Part shown: positions 9,539 to 18,016 of the stretch, piece by piece
How the letters are laid out: each line of letters opens with the position of its first letter
Numbering within the stretch: the first letter of the stretch is position 1
From: Patescibacteria group bacterium
Lineage (GTDB): Bacteria; Patescibacteriota; Minisyncoccia; Phycocordibacterales; UBA2100
Assembly (NCBI GenBank): GCA_038062075.1
Contig: JBBTXY010000019.1
Location: forward strand, 1 to 60,687
Direction of reading: 5' to 3'
Length of the DNA: 60,687 bases
Notes under the pieces: model-generated
What the model was told of the DNA's origin: nothing
Database searches by the model: none
What the model saw: only the letters and a program-made list of their open reading frames with translations
Program-made: the position numbers and the translations under genes

Positions 9539-9602
9539 TCGCTCGATGAATTGGGCCGCGTCGTCGATCTGCACGACGAAGTGATGCTCGAAACTCTCTC
9601 AT
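9539..9602. repeat. right copy of the 64-bp direct repeat (orphan pilB 3'-end fragment)
   Basis: Identical to 6187..6250 and followed by TAG instead of TGA. Upstream similarity decays and needs a 1-nt indel, and there is no long ORF, so this is a remnant. Confidence 0.9.
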
Positions 9603-10057
9603 AGAGTTTCGAGCCTGTGGACCAATCCCACACTTTCTTCTCCGAACCACCAAAAGCATCAACAACGCGGCTGATTCACACGAGTATTTTTCTCAACGGC
9701 ATACCCACAGAAAGTGAGGGACCAAAGTTGATGCTTGGTGTGAATCAAAACACGAAAAGTAAGTTGTGTATTCGCATCGAAATGCTATCGTGAGTAGAGA
9801 AATTTTGTCGGAGAAGCACATCCCCGAGTGATGCTTTCAATGGATCATCGAAAGTTGGACAAAATCTGAGGAGAGGGGCAGCAAAACAGCCCGAAAGCGG
9901 TCACCACCGCCGTCCTCGAAGGAGTCCTGGTATCACTCGGAGATGTGCGTCCCTGACCTGTCCGACGCTCGCAAGGCGAGCGGATAGGAAAAAAGAAAAG
10001 AGGCGTTGGGACGCCGCTCTGCCGGATAATCTATCACGCTGGAGCGCCGTTGTCAAT

Positions 10058-11074
10058 ATGACTGAAAAACACCAGGAACCGCTCGGTAAAAGCGTCCGCT
10101 CGCTCGATCAGGCGCTCCGCCCTTCTGTGTGGGCAGAATATGTGGGCCAGCCGACGATAAAAGAGAATCTGCGCATTCTCCTTTCGGCCGCCAAAGGCCG
10201 CACCCAGCAGCCAGAACACGTCCTTCTCTACGGCCCTCCCGGATTGGGAAAGACAACACTCGCGCATTTGATAACGAAAGAGATCGGCGCATCACTTCGC
10301 TCCACGTCCGGCCCCGCGATCGAGCGCGTGGGCGACCTCGCCTCCATCCTCACCAACCTCTCTCCTGGTGACGTGCTCTTCATTGACGAGGTGCACCGCC
10401 TGAATCGCACCATTGAAGAGATCCTCTATCCTGCGATGGAAAGCGGCGTCCTCGATATCGTCATCGGCAAGGGGCCGAGCGCACGCACGGTGCAACTGGA
10501 GTTGCCTGCTTTTACCTTAATCGCCGCAACTACACGCATCTCAATGCTCTCGTCTCCTTTGCGCAGCCGCTTTTCAGGCGGCACTTTCCGCCTCACCTAC
10601 TACAATGAAAACGAGATCGCGACCGTCCTCAAACGTTCTGCAAAAATCCTCGGCATTGAAATTGACGACGATTCCATTAAAGAGATCGCGCGGCGGAGCC
10701 GTGCAACGCCGCGCACTGCTAATTATTTATTGAAACGCTGCCGCGACTTCGCACAGGTAAGCGACGAGAAGCTGGACATGAAGACAGTGAAGAAAGCACT
10801 CGCGCTTCTCGAGATCGACGAACTCGGCCTCAATCAGATCGACCGCGACATTTTGAGTGTGCTTGTCGACAAATTCAAAGGTGGTCCGGTTGGCCTCAAA
10901 ACCATCTCTGCCGCGCTCTCCGAAGAAGAAGCAACTATTGAAGAAGTCCACGAGCCCTACCTCATGCAGCTCGGCCTTCTTGATCGCACCCCCCGCGGCC
11001 GCACCGTCACCGAAAAAGGCTACCAACATCTTGGCGAAGACATGCCGAAAACAGAACAGCCAAAACTAATATGA
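10058..11074 (+). CDS. ruvB: Holliday junction branch migration helicase RuvB
   Basis: GPPGLGKTTLA Walker A, LFIDEVHRL, and the RuvB C-terminal winged-helix region. Confidence 0.95.
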   Translation: MTEKHQEPLGKSVRSLDQALRPSVWAEYVGQPTIKENLRILLSAAKGRTQQPEHVLLYGPPGLGKTTLAHLITKEIGASLRSTSGPAIERVGDLASILTNLSPGDVLFIDEVHRLNRTIEEILYPAMESGVLDIVIGKGPSARTVQLELPAFTLIAATTRISMLSSPLRSRFSGGTFRLTYYNENEIATVLKRSAKILGIEIDDDSIKEIARRSRATPRTANYLLKRCRDFAQVSDEKLDMKTVKKALALLEIDELGLNQIDRDILSVLVDKFKGGPVGLKTISAALSEEEATIEEVHEPYLMQLGLLDRTPRGRTVTEKGYQHLGEDMPKTEQPKLI

Positions 11075-11113
11075 GTATCATACAATTTACACTACGTGAT
11101 ACGCTGATTATTT

Positions 11114-11605
11114 ATGATAAGAGCTGAAAAAGTGCTTTATAACAACTTTTCGCCTTGTGGCTGTTTCTCGTCATTCAAAGATCAAGAAACCGACTTTCTT
11201 AGGGAGTATTCACATTGGTTTCTTGCGCTCAATTGGGAGCAGGGCTTTCTTGGCCGCTCAATTCTCTTCTTAAAACGACATGCCCTTGATGAGGTAGAAT
11301 TAACCGAAGAGGAGGTTTTAGAAAAACATCAGGCATATGTAGATTGGCATCGTGCCGTTACGCAAGCCTTTCGTCCTGACAAAATCAATCAGGCGCAACT
11401 AGGTAACGAAGAATTTCTACATAAAGGCCATATCCATTGGCATTTCGTGCCACGGTATCGACGGCCAATCACATTCGAAGGCGTAGATTTTCAGTCTGAC
11501 GATTCGGAGTCGCAAAAAAGGATTTATTCCGATGTCCATAAGCGCATTGTGTATCCAGTAGAGATTCGAAGAAAAATCAAAGGCGAATTACTTCGGTATT
11601 TATAG
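11114..11605 (+). CDS. HIT (histidine triad) family protein
   Basis: HIHWHFVPRY matches the HxHxHxx triad. The segment is AT-richer than its flanks. Confidence 0.7.
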   Translation: MIRAEKVLYNNFSPCGCFSSFKDQETDFLREYSHWFLALNWEQGFLGRSILFLKRHALDEVELTEEEVLEKHQAYVDWHRAVTQAFRPDKINQAQLGNEEFLHKGHIHWHFVPRYRRPITFEGVDFQSDDSESQKRIYSDVHKRIVYPVEIRRKIKGELLRYL

Positions 11606-11618
11606 CCCTCCCCAAGCC

Positions 11619-11942
11619 ATGCCGGAAAACATCAATAATAGGCCTAAAGAAAGTGACGCTACGGAAATCAGACATGAGATTATTGCGTCGGGTAAACGTT
11701 GTGCTCTTGGAAACATGCTTGAAGCATATCTCCCCGCGCACGTAGAGTATCTTAACGATCCAGAAGTGAACCGTTTTATTGCCACACGACCCCCTTTTAG
11801 CATCGAACAACAACGCGCATGGTTACGAGATAGAACCGTCGCTGGCGATAAAATTTATGCTCTGCTCGCTCCTGACGAAGAAGGAAAATTTATTTATGTT
11901 GGAACGAGGACGCAGTTATGCAGATATGTCAAAGCACATTGA
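11619..11942 (+). pseudogene. GNAT (RimJ/RimL-like) N-acetyltransferase, N-terminal fragment only
   Basis: The YLNDPEVNRFIATRPPFSIEQQRAWL pattern is typical of the GNAT N-terminal half. The ORF stops after about 107 aa, and the following frame (11779..12183) shows no GNAT-like sequence. Confidence 0.35.
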
Positions 11943-12268
11943 CGAGCCCCTGGAACGACTCCCCTCTGCAATACCCCCCGCAAACCTCGGTTCCATCCCT
12001 TTGAGTGTCTATGCCCGCATCATGGATCACTTGCAACCAGCGAGACAATTTGTGGAAGTTGCAAGCATCGCGCGAAGCAAAGGTGAAGCGTACGAAGGGA
12101 GTCTCGACGCGGCATGTGATGCTGCATGGAGCGCTATTTATACTCTCTACAAAGGTCTACAGGCTCTGCCACGACAGCTTTGATCTCTACGGGGAACAAG
12201 TCGCATGCAAACGAAATGCTATAAAGAGTTTTTGCAATTCACTCCTGCGCGCGGCATACTAGCGGCCT

Positions 12269-12799
12269 ATGGCCGGACACAACAAGTGGGCACAGATTAA
12301 ACGCCAGAAAGGCGCGGCGGACGCGGCGAAAAGCAATCTTTGGGGCAAGCTCGGAAGGCGCATCGCCGTCGAGAGTAAGAAAGCGAATGGCGATATGGAC
12401 GCGGCGAATCTCCGCGCCATCATCGAGACCGCGAAAAAGGCGAACATGCCGAAAGACACCATCGAGCGCGCGGTCACAAAAGGCACCTCGGCCGATGCGT
12501 CCACGCTCGAGCAGGTCGTTTACGAAACTTACGGCCCCGGAGGCGCGGCCATCATCATCGATGCACTTACGGATAGCCGCAATCGCACGGCGCAGGAGAT
12601 AAAACACCTCCTATCAAAGAATGGGCTCGAATTGGCCGCTCCCGGCTCCGCTGCATGGGCATTCGAAAAAACCGCCGAAGGCTACGCGCCGAAAACCACC
12701 GTTCCCCTCTCCGAAACCGATGACACGACACTTGTGGGCATCTTAGAGCAACTCGATGCCCACGATGACGTGCAGGAGGTGTACACTAATGCTGCTTGA
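12269..12799 (+). CDS. YebC/PmpR-family transcriptional regulator (short form)
   Basis: The MAGHNKWAQIKRQKG N-terminus is diagnostic of YebC. At 176 aa it is shorter than usual. Confidence 0.85.
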   Translation: MAGHNKWAQIKRQKGAADAAKSNLWGKLGRRIAVESKKANGDMDAANLRAIIETAKKANMPKDTIERAVTKGTSADASTLEQVVYETYGPGGAAIIIDALTDSRNRTAQEIKHLLSKNGLELAAPGSAAWAFEKTAEGYAPKTTVPLSETDDTTLVGILEQLDAHDDVQEVYTNAA

Positions 12800-12829
12800 C
12801 TGGTGCTCCACTTTTGATACACTTTCTGC

Positions 12830-13078
12830 ATGGCCACGACAAAACCACGTTTGCATATCTCGCTCTCAAAGACTGAAGAGCAATTTTTGGCGTCGCTCGC
12901 GAAGCGCGACCAGGTGCCGCGCGCAACAAAGGCCGCGCAGCTCGTGCGGCAAGCGATGGAAATTGAGGAAGACTTTGCGCTCTCAAAAATAGCGATGGAG
13001 CGCGATGTGCCGGGAGCGCCGCGCATGAGTGCAAAGGCGTTCTGGAAAGCCGCCTTCAAGAAAGCAAGAAAAACATGA
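12830..13078 (+). CDS. ribbon-helix-helix-type antitoxin (partner of the RelE/ParE toxin)
   Basis: 82-aa ORF whose stop overlaps the toxin start (ATGA at 13075..13078). Small and basic/acidic in composition. Confidence 0.55.
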   Translation: MATTKPRLHISLSKTEEQFLASLAKRDQVPRATKAAQLVRQAMEIEEDFALSKIAMERDVPGAPRMSAKAFWKAAFKKARKT

Positions 13079-13353
13079 ATTATACGGTGGAGTTTCTTAC
13101 CGTCGTGGAAAGAGAAGATATACCGAGACTCGACAGGGTAGTTCTGACGAACGTTCAGAAGGCCATTTCAGCAAAATTGCTGAAATCACCGACTGTTTTT
13201 GGCAAGCCGCTTCGAGAGTCCCTAAAAGGGCACCGATCGCTCCGCGTTGAAGACTACCGCATCGTGTACACGGTGGAACAAAACAGTAACATCCTCGTTG
13301 TCGCGATCCGACACCGGCGCGATGTGTACAAAATTGCGGAAAAGCGTATCTGA
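13075..13353 (+). CDS. RelE/ParE-family type II toxin
   Basis: 92 aa. The KPLRESLKGHRSLRVEDYRIVYTVEQNSNILVVAIRHRRDVY pattern is typical of RelE/ParE. Confidence 0.75.
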   Translation: MNYTVEFLTVVEREDIPRLDRVVLTNVQKAISAKLLKSPTVFGKPLRESLKGHRSLRVEDYRIVYTVEQNSNILVVAIRHRRDVYKIAEKRI

Positions 13354-13355
13354 TT

Positions 13356-13826
13356 ATGCGTGTTCTAGCAATTGATCCTGGCTATGGCCGCTGCGGGATC
13401 GCGATAGTCGAAAAAGAGAACGGGAAAGAGCGTTGGGTGTACTCCGACTGCATTGAGACACAGGCAAAAGATGGATTTGCCGAGCGGCTCGCACAAATAG
13501 TCGCCGAGTGCGAACTTCTTATCAAAAAGCATAAGCCCGACGCGCTTGCGATGGAGCGGCTTTTCTTCACCTCCAACCAGAAAACCGCGATGCATGTCGC
13601 GGAAGTACGCGGCGCGCTTCTCCAAGCCGCGAACGAGGCCGGTATCCCTTCATTTGAATACACGCCCGCGCAGGTGAAGAGCGCGACCGCAGGGAGCGGT
13701 CGCGCCGACAAGAAGCAGATAATGAGCATGCTCCACCTTCTCCTCAAGATTGAGAAACCTATCACACACGACGATGAATATGACGCCATCGCCGTTGGAA
13801 TTACACACTTAGCCCATGTGCGATGA
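13356..13826 (+). CDS. ruvC: crossover junction endodeoxyribonuclease RuvC
   Basis: MRVLAIDPGYGRCGIA catalytic Asp motif and a C-terminal DDEYDAIAVGITH motif. Confidence 0.9.
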   Translation: MRVLAIDPGYGRCGIAIVEKENGKERWVYSDCIETQAKDGFAERLAQIVAECELLIKKHKPDALAMERLFFTSNQKTAMHVAEVRGALLQAANEAGIPSFEYTPAQVKSATAGSGRADKKQIMSMLHLLLKIEKPITHDDEYDAIAVGITHLAHVR

Positions 13827-13925
13827 AAGAAGTTTTGAGGAGAGTCGTCTAACAGATTGCTGGACAAGTGTGTCTCTGCACGCCACAATCTAAAAACTTC
13901 CGGCACACGCCGGTTTTTCACGACA

Positions 13926-16337
13926 ATGGAAACCGACTCACGATATCGGCGTCTGCACCGCGCGACCCGGACTCACTCAAGAAATCACCGGCTCCATTTC
14001 TTTCTGCGCCTGCTCGCGCTTACGACTATTGCCGGCGCGGGCGTCTTTGCCGCGTGGGCTGTCTTTGCCTCAGTGCCCGCCGTCGATACCATCCAGAACC
14101 GCATCGTGGGCGAGAGCACCAAGATATACGACCGCACCGGAGAAGTCCTTCTCTACGACGTGCATGGCGCCATGCGCCGCACCGAAGTCCCCATTGAAGA
14201 GATCTCCCCCTACATCAGGAACGCGACCGTCGCCATCGAAGACGACTCCTTCTATCAGCACCGCGGCTTCCGTCCGCTCTCATTCCTGCGCGCCGTCCTC
14301 GTCAACCTGCGCCTCATGCCCGGCATCGTCGGCCAAGGCGGCTCGACGATCACCCAGCAGGTCGTGAAGAACACGCTCCTCACGAAAGACAAGACGCTCA
14401 TCCGGAAGGCAAAAGAGATCGTACTCGCGATGAAGTTAGAGAAGATCGCCACGAAAGACCAAATATTAAACATTTACCTCAACGAAACCTCGTACGGTGG
14501 GACGATCTACGGCGTCGAAGAGGCGACACAATATTTCTTTGGAAAACCCGCCAAAGACGTGACCTTGGCCGAAGCAGCCTACGTCGCGGCCTTGCCGCAA
14601 GCCCCCACGCGTTATTCGCCCTACGGCAACCATCGCGACGAGCTGGAGGATCGTAAGAACCTTGTCCTCTCGCGCATGAAAGACTTAGGGTACATCACCG
14701 AGGATGACTATGCGATCGCGCAGGCAGAAGTCGTGCAATTCCGCGCACAGGCGGAGGCCGGCATCAAAGCGCCGCACTTCGTCTTTTACGTCCGCGAACA
14801 TCTGGAAGACAAATACGGCCCCGACGCTATCGCGAACGAGGGCCTCAAGGTCATCACGACCTTGGATTGGGAGTTGCAGCAGAAAGCAGAGGAAACAGTC
14901 GCGAAATTCGCGCCGGATATGGAGAAGAACTTCAACGCGACGAACGAAGGCATTGTTGCTGTTGACCCGAAGAGCGGGCAAATTCTCGCTATGGTCGGCT
15001 CGCGCGGCTACTTCGACGAGACCATCGACGGCAAGGTCAATGTTACTCTGGCAAGGCGTCAGCCAGGCTCCTCATTCAAGCCGTTCGTGTACGCGACCGC
15101 ATTCGAAAAAGGCTATACACCGGAAACGGTCGTCTTCGACGTGCAAACGCAGTTCTCAACCGCCTGCAGCCCGACCGACGTCACGAATGACACGCCCCCC
15201 TGCTACAGCCCGCAGAACTACGACGGCGTATTCCACGGCCCCATGAAGCTGCGCGACGCCCTCGCGCAGTCGATGAACATCCCGTCGGTGAAATCGGTCT
15301 ATCTCGCGGGCATCCAGGACTCGATCGAGACCGCGCGCGATATGGGAATCTCGACCCTTGAAGACGCAGGCCGGTATGGACTTACCCTGGTTCTCGGCGG
15401 CGGCGAAGTGACGCTCCTTGATATGACGAGTGCTTATGGCGTCTTCGCGAATGACGGCGTGAGGAACCCCGCGACCGGCATCATTTCAGTAGAAGACAAT
15501 AACGGGAAGCTCCTTGAACAATATGAGAAACAAGAGAGCCGCGCCCTCGACCCACAAGTTGCGCGGCAGATCAACGATGTGCTCTCCGACAATATCGCGC
15601 GCACGCCGGAGTTCGGCGCCGACTCCCCGCTCCACTTCCCTGGCTATGATGTCGCTGATAAGACGGGGACCACAAATGACTTCCGTGACGTCTGGATCGT
15701 GGGCTACACGCCGGGCGTCGCCGTCGGCGCGTGGGCGGGGAACAACGACAACTCGGAAATGGTGAAAAAAATAGCGGCTTTCATCATCGCGCCGATGTGG
15801 CATGAGTTTATGGCATTCGCGCTCTCCAAATACCACTCCGGTGAATTTGTCGCGCCCGCGCCAGACCCTGTCTATGACTCACTCCCGCCGGTTCTGCGCG
15901 GCGAATGGAATACCAATCCTTCGCTCGGCGTCCACGACATCCTCTTTTGGATCGACAAGAGCAATCCGCGCACCGGGAACCCCAACCCGAGCGACTCCCA
16001 GCTTCCGTACTGGGAATATGCGGCCGCGCTTTGGGCGCAACAGTTCGGCGGATTCGCGACCTCGACGCAGAACCTACTTGGTTTCTCTATCATCTCTCCG
16101 ACACCAAATGCACAAGTCCCGCTTTCAGAGCCTTTTGACGCAAAAGTCTCGTTCGAGCCACGTATGGGCATTAGGAGCGTCACCTACTACTTGAATGGCA
16201 CGTTCGTTGGCGTCTCCGCGCAACCGCCGTACGTGATCGCGGTCCAACCAACACAGAGCGGCATGCAAAACCTCCGCGCCGTCGCCGACACACAGAGCGG
16301 CCAGCACGAAACACAGATAACCTTTAGCGCCCAGTAG
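13926..16337 (+). CDS. class A penicillin-binding protein (transglycosylase/transpeptidase, PBP1A-like)
   Basis: GT51 motifs (EDDSFYQHRGF, GGSTITQQ, RKAKE) and transpeptidase motifs (SSFKP, KTGTT). The start is taken at METDSRY, upstream of the TM segment. Confidence 0.9.
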   Translation: METDSRYRRLHRATRTHSRNHRLHFFLRLLALTTIAGAGVFAAWAVFASVPAVDTIQNRIVGESTKIYDRTGEVLLYDVHGAMRRTEVPIEEISPYIRNATVAIEDDSFYQHRGFRPLSFLRAVLVNLRLMPGIVGQGGSTITQQVVKNTLLTKDKTLIRKAKEIVLAMKLEKIATKDQILNIYLNETSYGGTIYGVEEATQYFFGKPAKDVTLAEAAYVAALPQAPTRYSPYGNHRDELEDRKNLVLSRMKDLGYITEDDYAIAQAEVVQFRAQAEAGIKAPHFVFYVREHLEDKYGPDAIANEGLKVITTLDWELQQKAEETVAKFAPDMEKNFNATNEGIVAVDPKSGQILAMVGSRGYFDETIDGKVNVTLARRQPGSSFKPFVYATAFEKGYTPETVVFDVQTQFSTACSPTDVTNDTPPCYSPQNYDGVFHGPMKLRDALAQSMNIPSVKSVYLAGIQDSIETARDMGISTLEDAGRYGLTLVLGGGEVTLLDMTSAYGVFANDGVRNPATGIISVEDNNGKLLEQYEKQESRALDPQVARQINDVLSDNIARTPEFGADSPLHFPGYDVADKTGTTNDFRDVWIVGYTPGVAVGAWAGNNDNSEMVKKIAAFIIAPMWHEFMAFALSKYHSGEFVAPAPDPVYDSLPPVLRGEWNTNPSLGVHDILFWIDKSNPRTGNPNPSDSQLPYWEYAAALWAQQFGGFATSTQNLLGFSIISPTPNAQVPLSEPFDAKVSFEPRMGIRSVTYYLNGTFVGVSAQPPYVIAVQPTQSGMQNLRAVADTQSGQHETQITFSAQ

Positions 16338-16345
16338 GAACTACC

Positions 16346-16580
16346 CGTCTCACATACGTGCGAGACGCTCGAAGGGGTTGGAAAAACTGTAGTTTTAGAG
16401 CATGCCCCCGTGGAGGAAGGAATGGGAAACCGAGAGGTTTCCCAGATGGAGGGGTCGGGGGCAGGCGTCCGTATTGGAGAGCCGCCCCACCCTAATTTCG
16501 CATTGCGAAATTAGGGTGGGGCGTTGAGAACCGAGGGTTCTCAAAGATAAACCTATGAGTAGCAACTCGTAGGTTTATCT
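16346..16580. terminator. array of five stem-loops between the convergent PBP and dnaN genes
   Basis: Hairpins at 16346-16367, 16424-16443, 16485-16521 (17-bp perfect stem), 16526-16542 and 16545-16580 (16-bp stem overlapping the dnaN stop). Confidence 0.55.
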
Positions 16581-17675
16581 GTTCAGTGGCATCGCGAGGT
16601 AGGTAAACGTCGCATCGGAAACACCTTTAATGACCACTGGTTTCCCCGCGCCGGCAAATCCAAGGGTTATCGAATCCGATTGGATCGATTGGAGACAGTC
16701 GGCAATGTAGCCGATGTGGAAATTCACATCGATATCCTCACCGGAGACCGCCGCTTCAAGGGAATCCGACATCTCGCCAATTGCGGCGCTTTGCGCCGTT
16801 ACGTCGAACACTTTCTTTTTCGGATAGACATGGAAGCCGACGTGTTGGTCAGCGCCTGAAAAAACACGAGCTTTCCGTAGTGCTTCGGCAAAGTCGTTCT
16901 TAAGAAGCGTCGCTTCGGTCGAGAATTTCTTTGGGATTATCTCTTTGTAATTCGGGAAATTCCCGTCGATGACGCGCGAAATAAAACGCAATCCATCCGC
17001 CACAAGCGCGAGCTGCGAATCGTCGACCGAGAGTTTGATGGTCTCAAGAGGAAGCCGCTCGAGGATATATATGATTTCCTGCACATGTTTGAGGGGAATT
17101 AATACCTCAGCGTCACCCCCACCCGAGGAATCAATTACCTTTTTCTCCGCGAGCCGGAACGAGTCGGTCGCGACACAGGTAAGCGCCCCACCATCAATAG
17201 AAACATACACACTCCCTAGTTCCGGGCGGATCATTGAGGTGGATGCGGCATAGGAGACTGATTGGAGCGCCTCTAAGAATGACTTCCGCGAAACCTCAAG
17301 TTGTTTCCAGCTCTCTTTAGGAGCTGTAAGGGATGGAAATTCGTCGTGAGGAATTGCCTTAATAAGGGTCTTAGAGCCTTTTGCCTCAATAAGAAGATTC
17401 CCCCCATCCATCTTAAAACTCACCTTCTCTCCCGAAACCGCACGGAGTGTTTGAGAGAGAATACTCGCCGGAACCGCGACCATCCCCTTTTCACTAATCT
17501 CACCCAGAACAACACCATCAACTCCCGCCTCAAGGTTGGTTGAACGCACTACAATCTCCTTATCAACTTGTATAACAACACAAGAAAGAACAGGAAGAGA
17601 CTCCTTTTTCCCCACAACACGTTCGGCAATAAGTACGGTGTTAAGTATTTTTTCTTTAAATGTTGTGAAGTTCAT
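16575..17675 (-). CDS. dnaN: DNA polymerase III beta sliding clamp
   Basis: 366-aa three-domain clamp pattern, adjacent to dnaA. Confidence 0.95.
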   Translation of the reverse strand: MNFTTFKEKILNTVLIAERVVGKKESLPVLSCVVIQVDKEIVVRSTNLEAGVDGVVLGEISEKGMVAVPASILSQTLRAVSGEKVSFKMDGGNLLIEAKGSKTLIKAIPHDEFPSLTAPKESWKQLEVSRKSFLEALQSVSYAASTSMIRPELGSVYVSIDGGALTCVATDSFRLAEKKVIDSSGGGDAEVLIPLKHVQEIIYILERLPLETIKLSVDDSQLALVADGLRFISRVIDGNFPNYKEIIPKKFSTEATLLKNDFAEALRKARVFSGADQHVGFHVYPKKKVFDVTAQSAAIGEMSDSLEAAVSGEDIDVNFHIGYIADCLQSIQSDSITLGFAGAGKPVVIKGVSDATFTYLAMPLNR

Positions 17676-18016
17676 AGTAAAGTGTGTAATTTAATTTTTT
17701 ATTTAATACTTATTATTACTATTAGTGGTGTTGATAGGTGGAAAAGTTTTAAAAATGTAGGTATATGGTGGTGATTTTCATAAGGAATGTTGTGGATTAG
17801 TGTGGGTATTGCTGTTGGTGTGAGGTGTGGATTGTTGTTTTGTAGGGAATATATTTTTTCATTCAGGTGTTGTTGTGTTCGTTCTCAACAGGTTATCGAC
17901 AGGCCCTATACCAAAACTCTCAACATATTTTCCACAGTTGTTCATAGATTTGATTGGGGCACTTGTGTTCCGTGGTGAACATCTCATTCATACATTGAGT
18001 TTGGTACGGGGTAGGG
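17676..18016. other. candidate oriC (AT-rich unwinding region plus DnaA-box-like 9-mers)
   Basis: A very AT-rich stretch at 17676-17760. Boxes: TGTGGATTA at 17791-17799, TGTGGATTG at 17826-17834, TTATCGACA at 17893-17901, TTTTCCACA at 17928-17936. Located between dnaA and dnaN. Confidence 0.6.

Noticed and set aside
9534-9602. Second copy of the pilB C-terminus, considered as a possible small gene or second pilB.
   Set aside because: The in-frame upstream sequence hits a stop at 9464-9466 with no plausible start, and similarity to pilB decays and needs an indel. I interpret it as an orphaned gene end (repeat or att relic).
9900-9950. GAAGGAGUCCUGG, considered as the RNase P RNA P4 motif (GAGGAAAGUCCGGGC). 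The AAAGUCC at about 9517 was also considered.
   Set aside because: The matches are imperfect and the positions leave no room for the rest of an RNase P RNA. The 9517 site is homologous to pilB coding sequence. Only a covariance-model scan could revive this.
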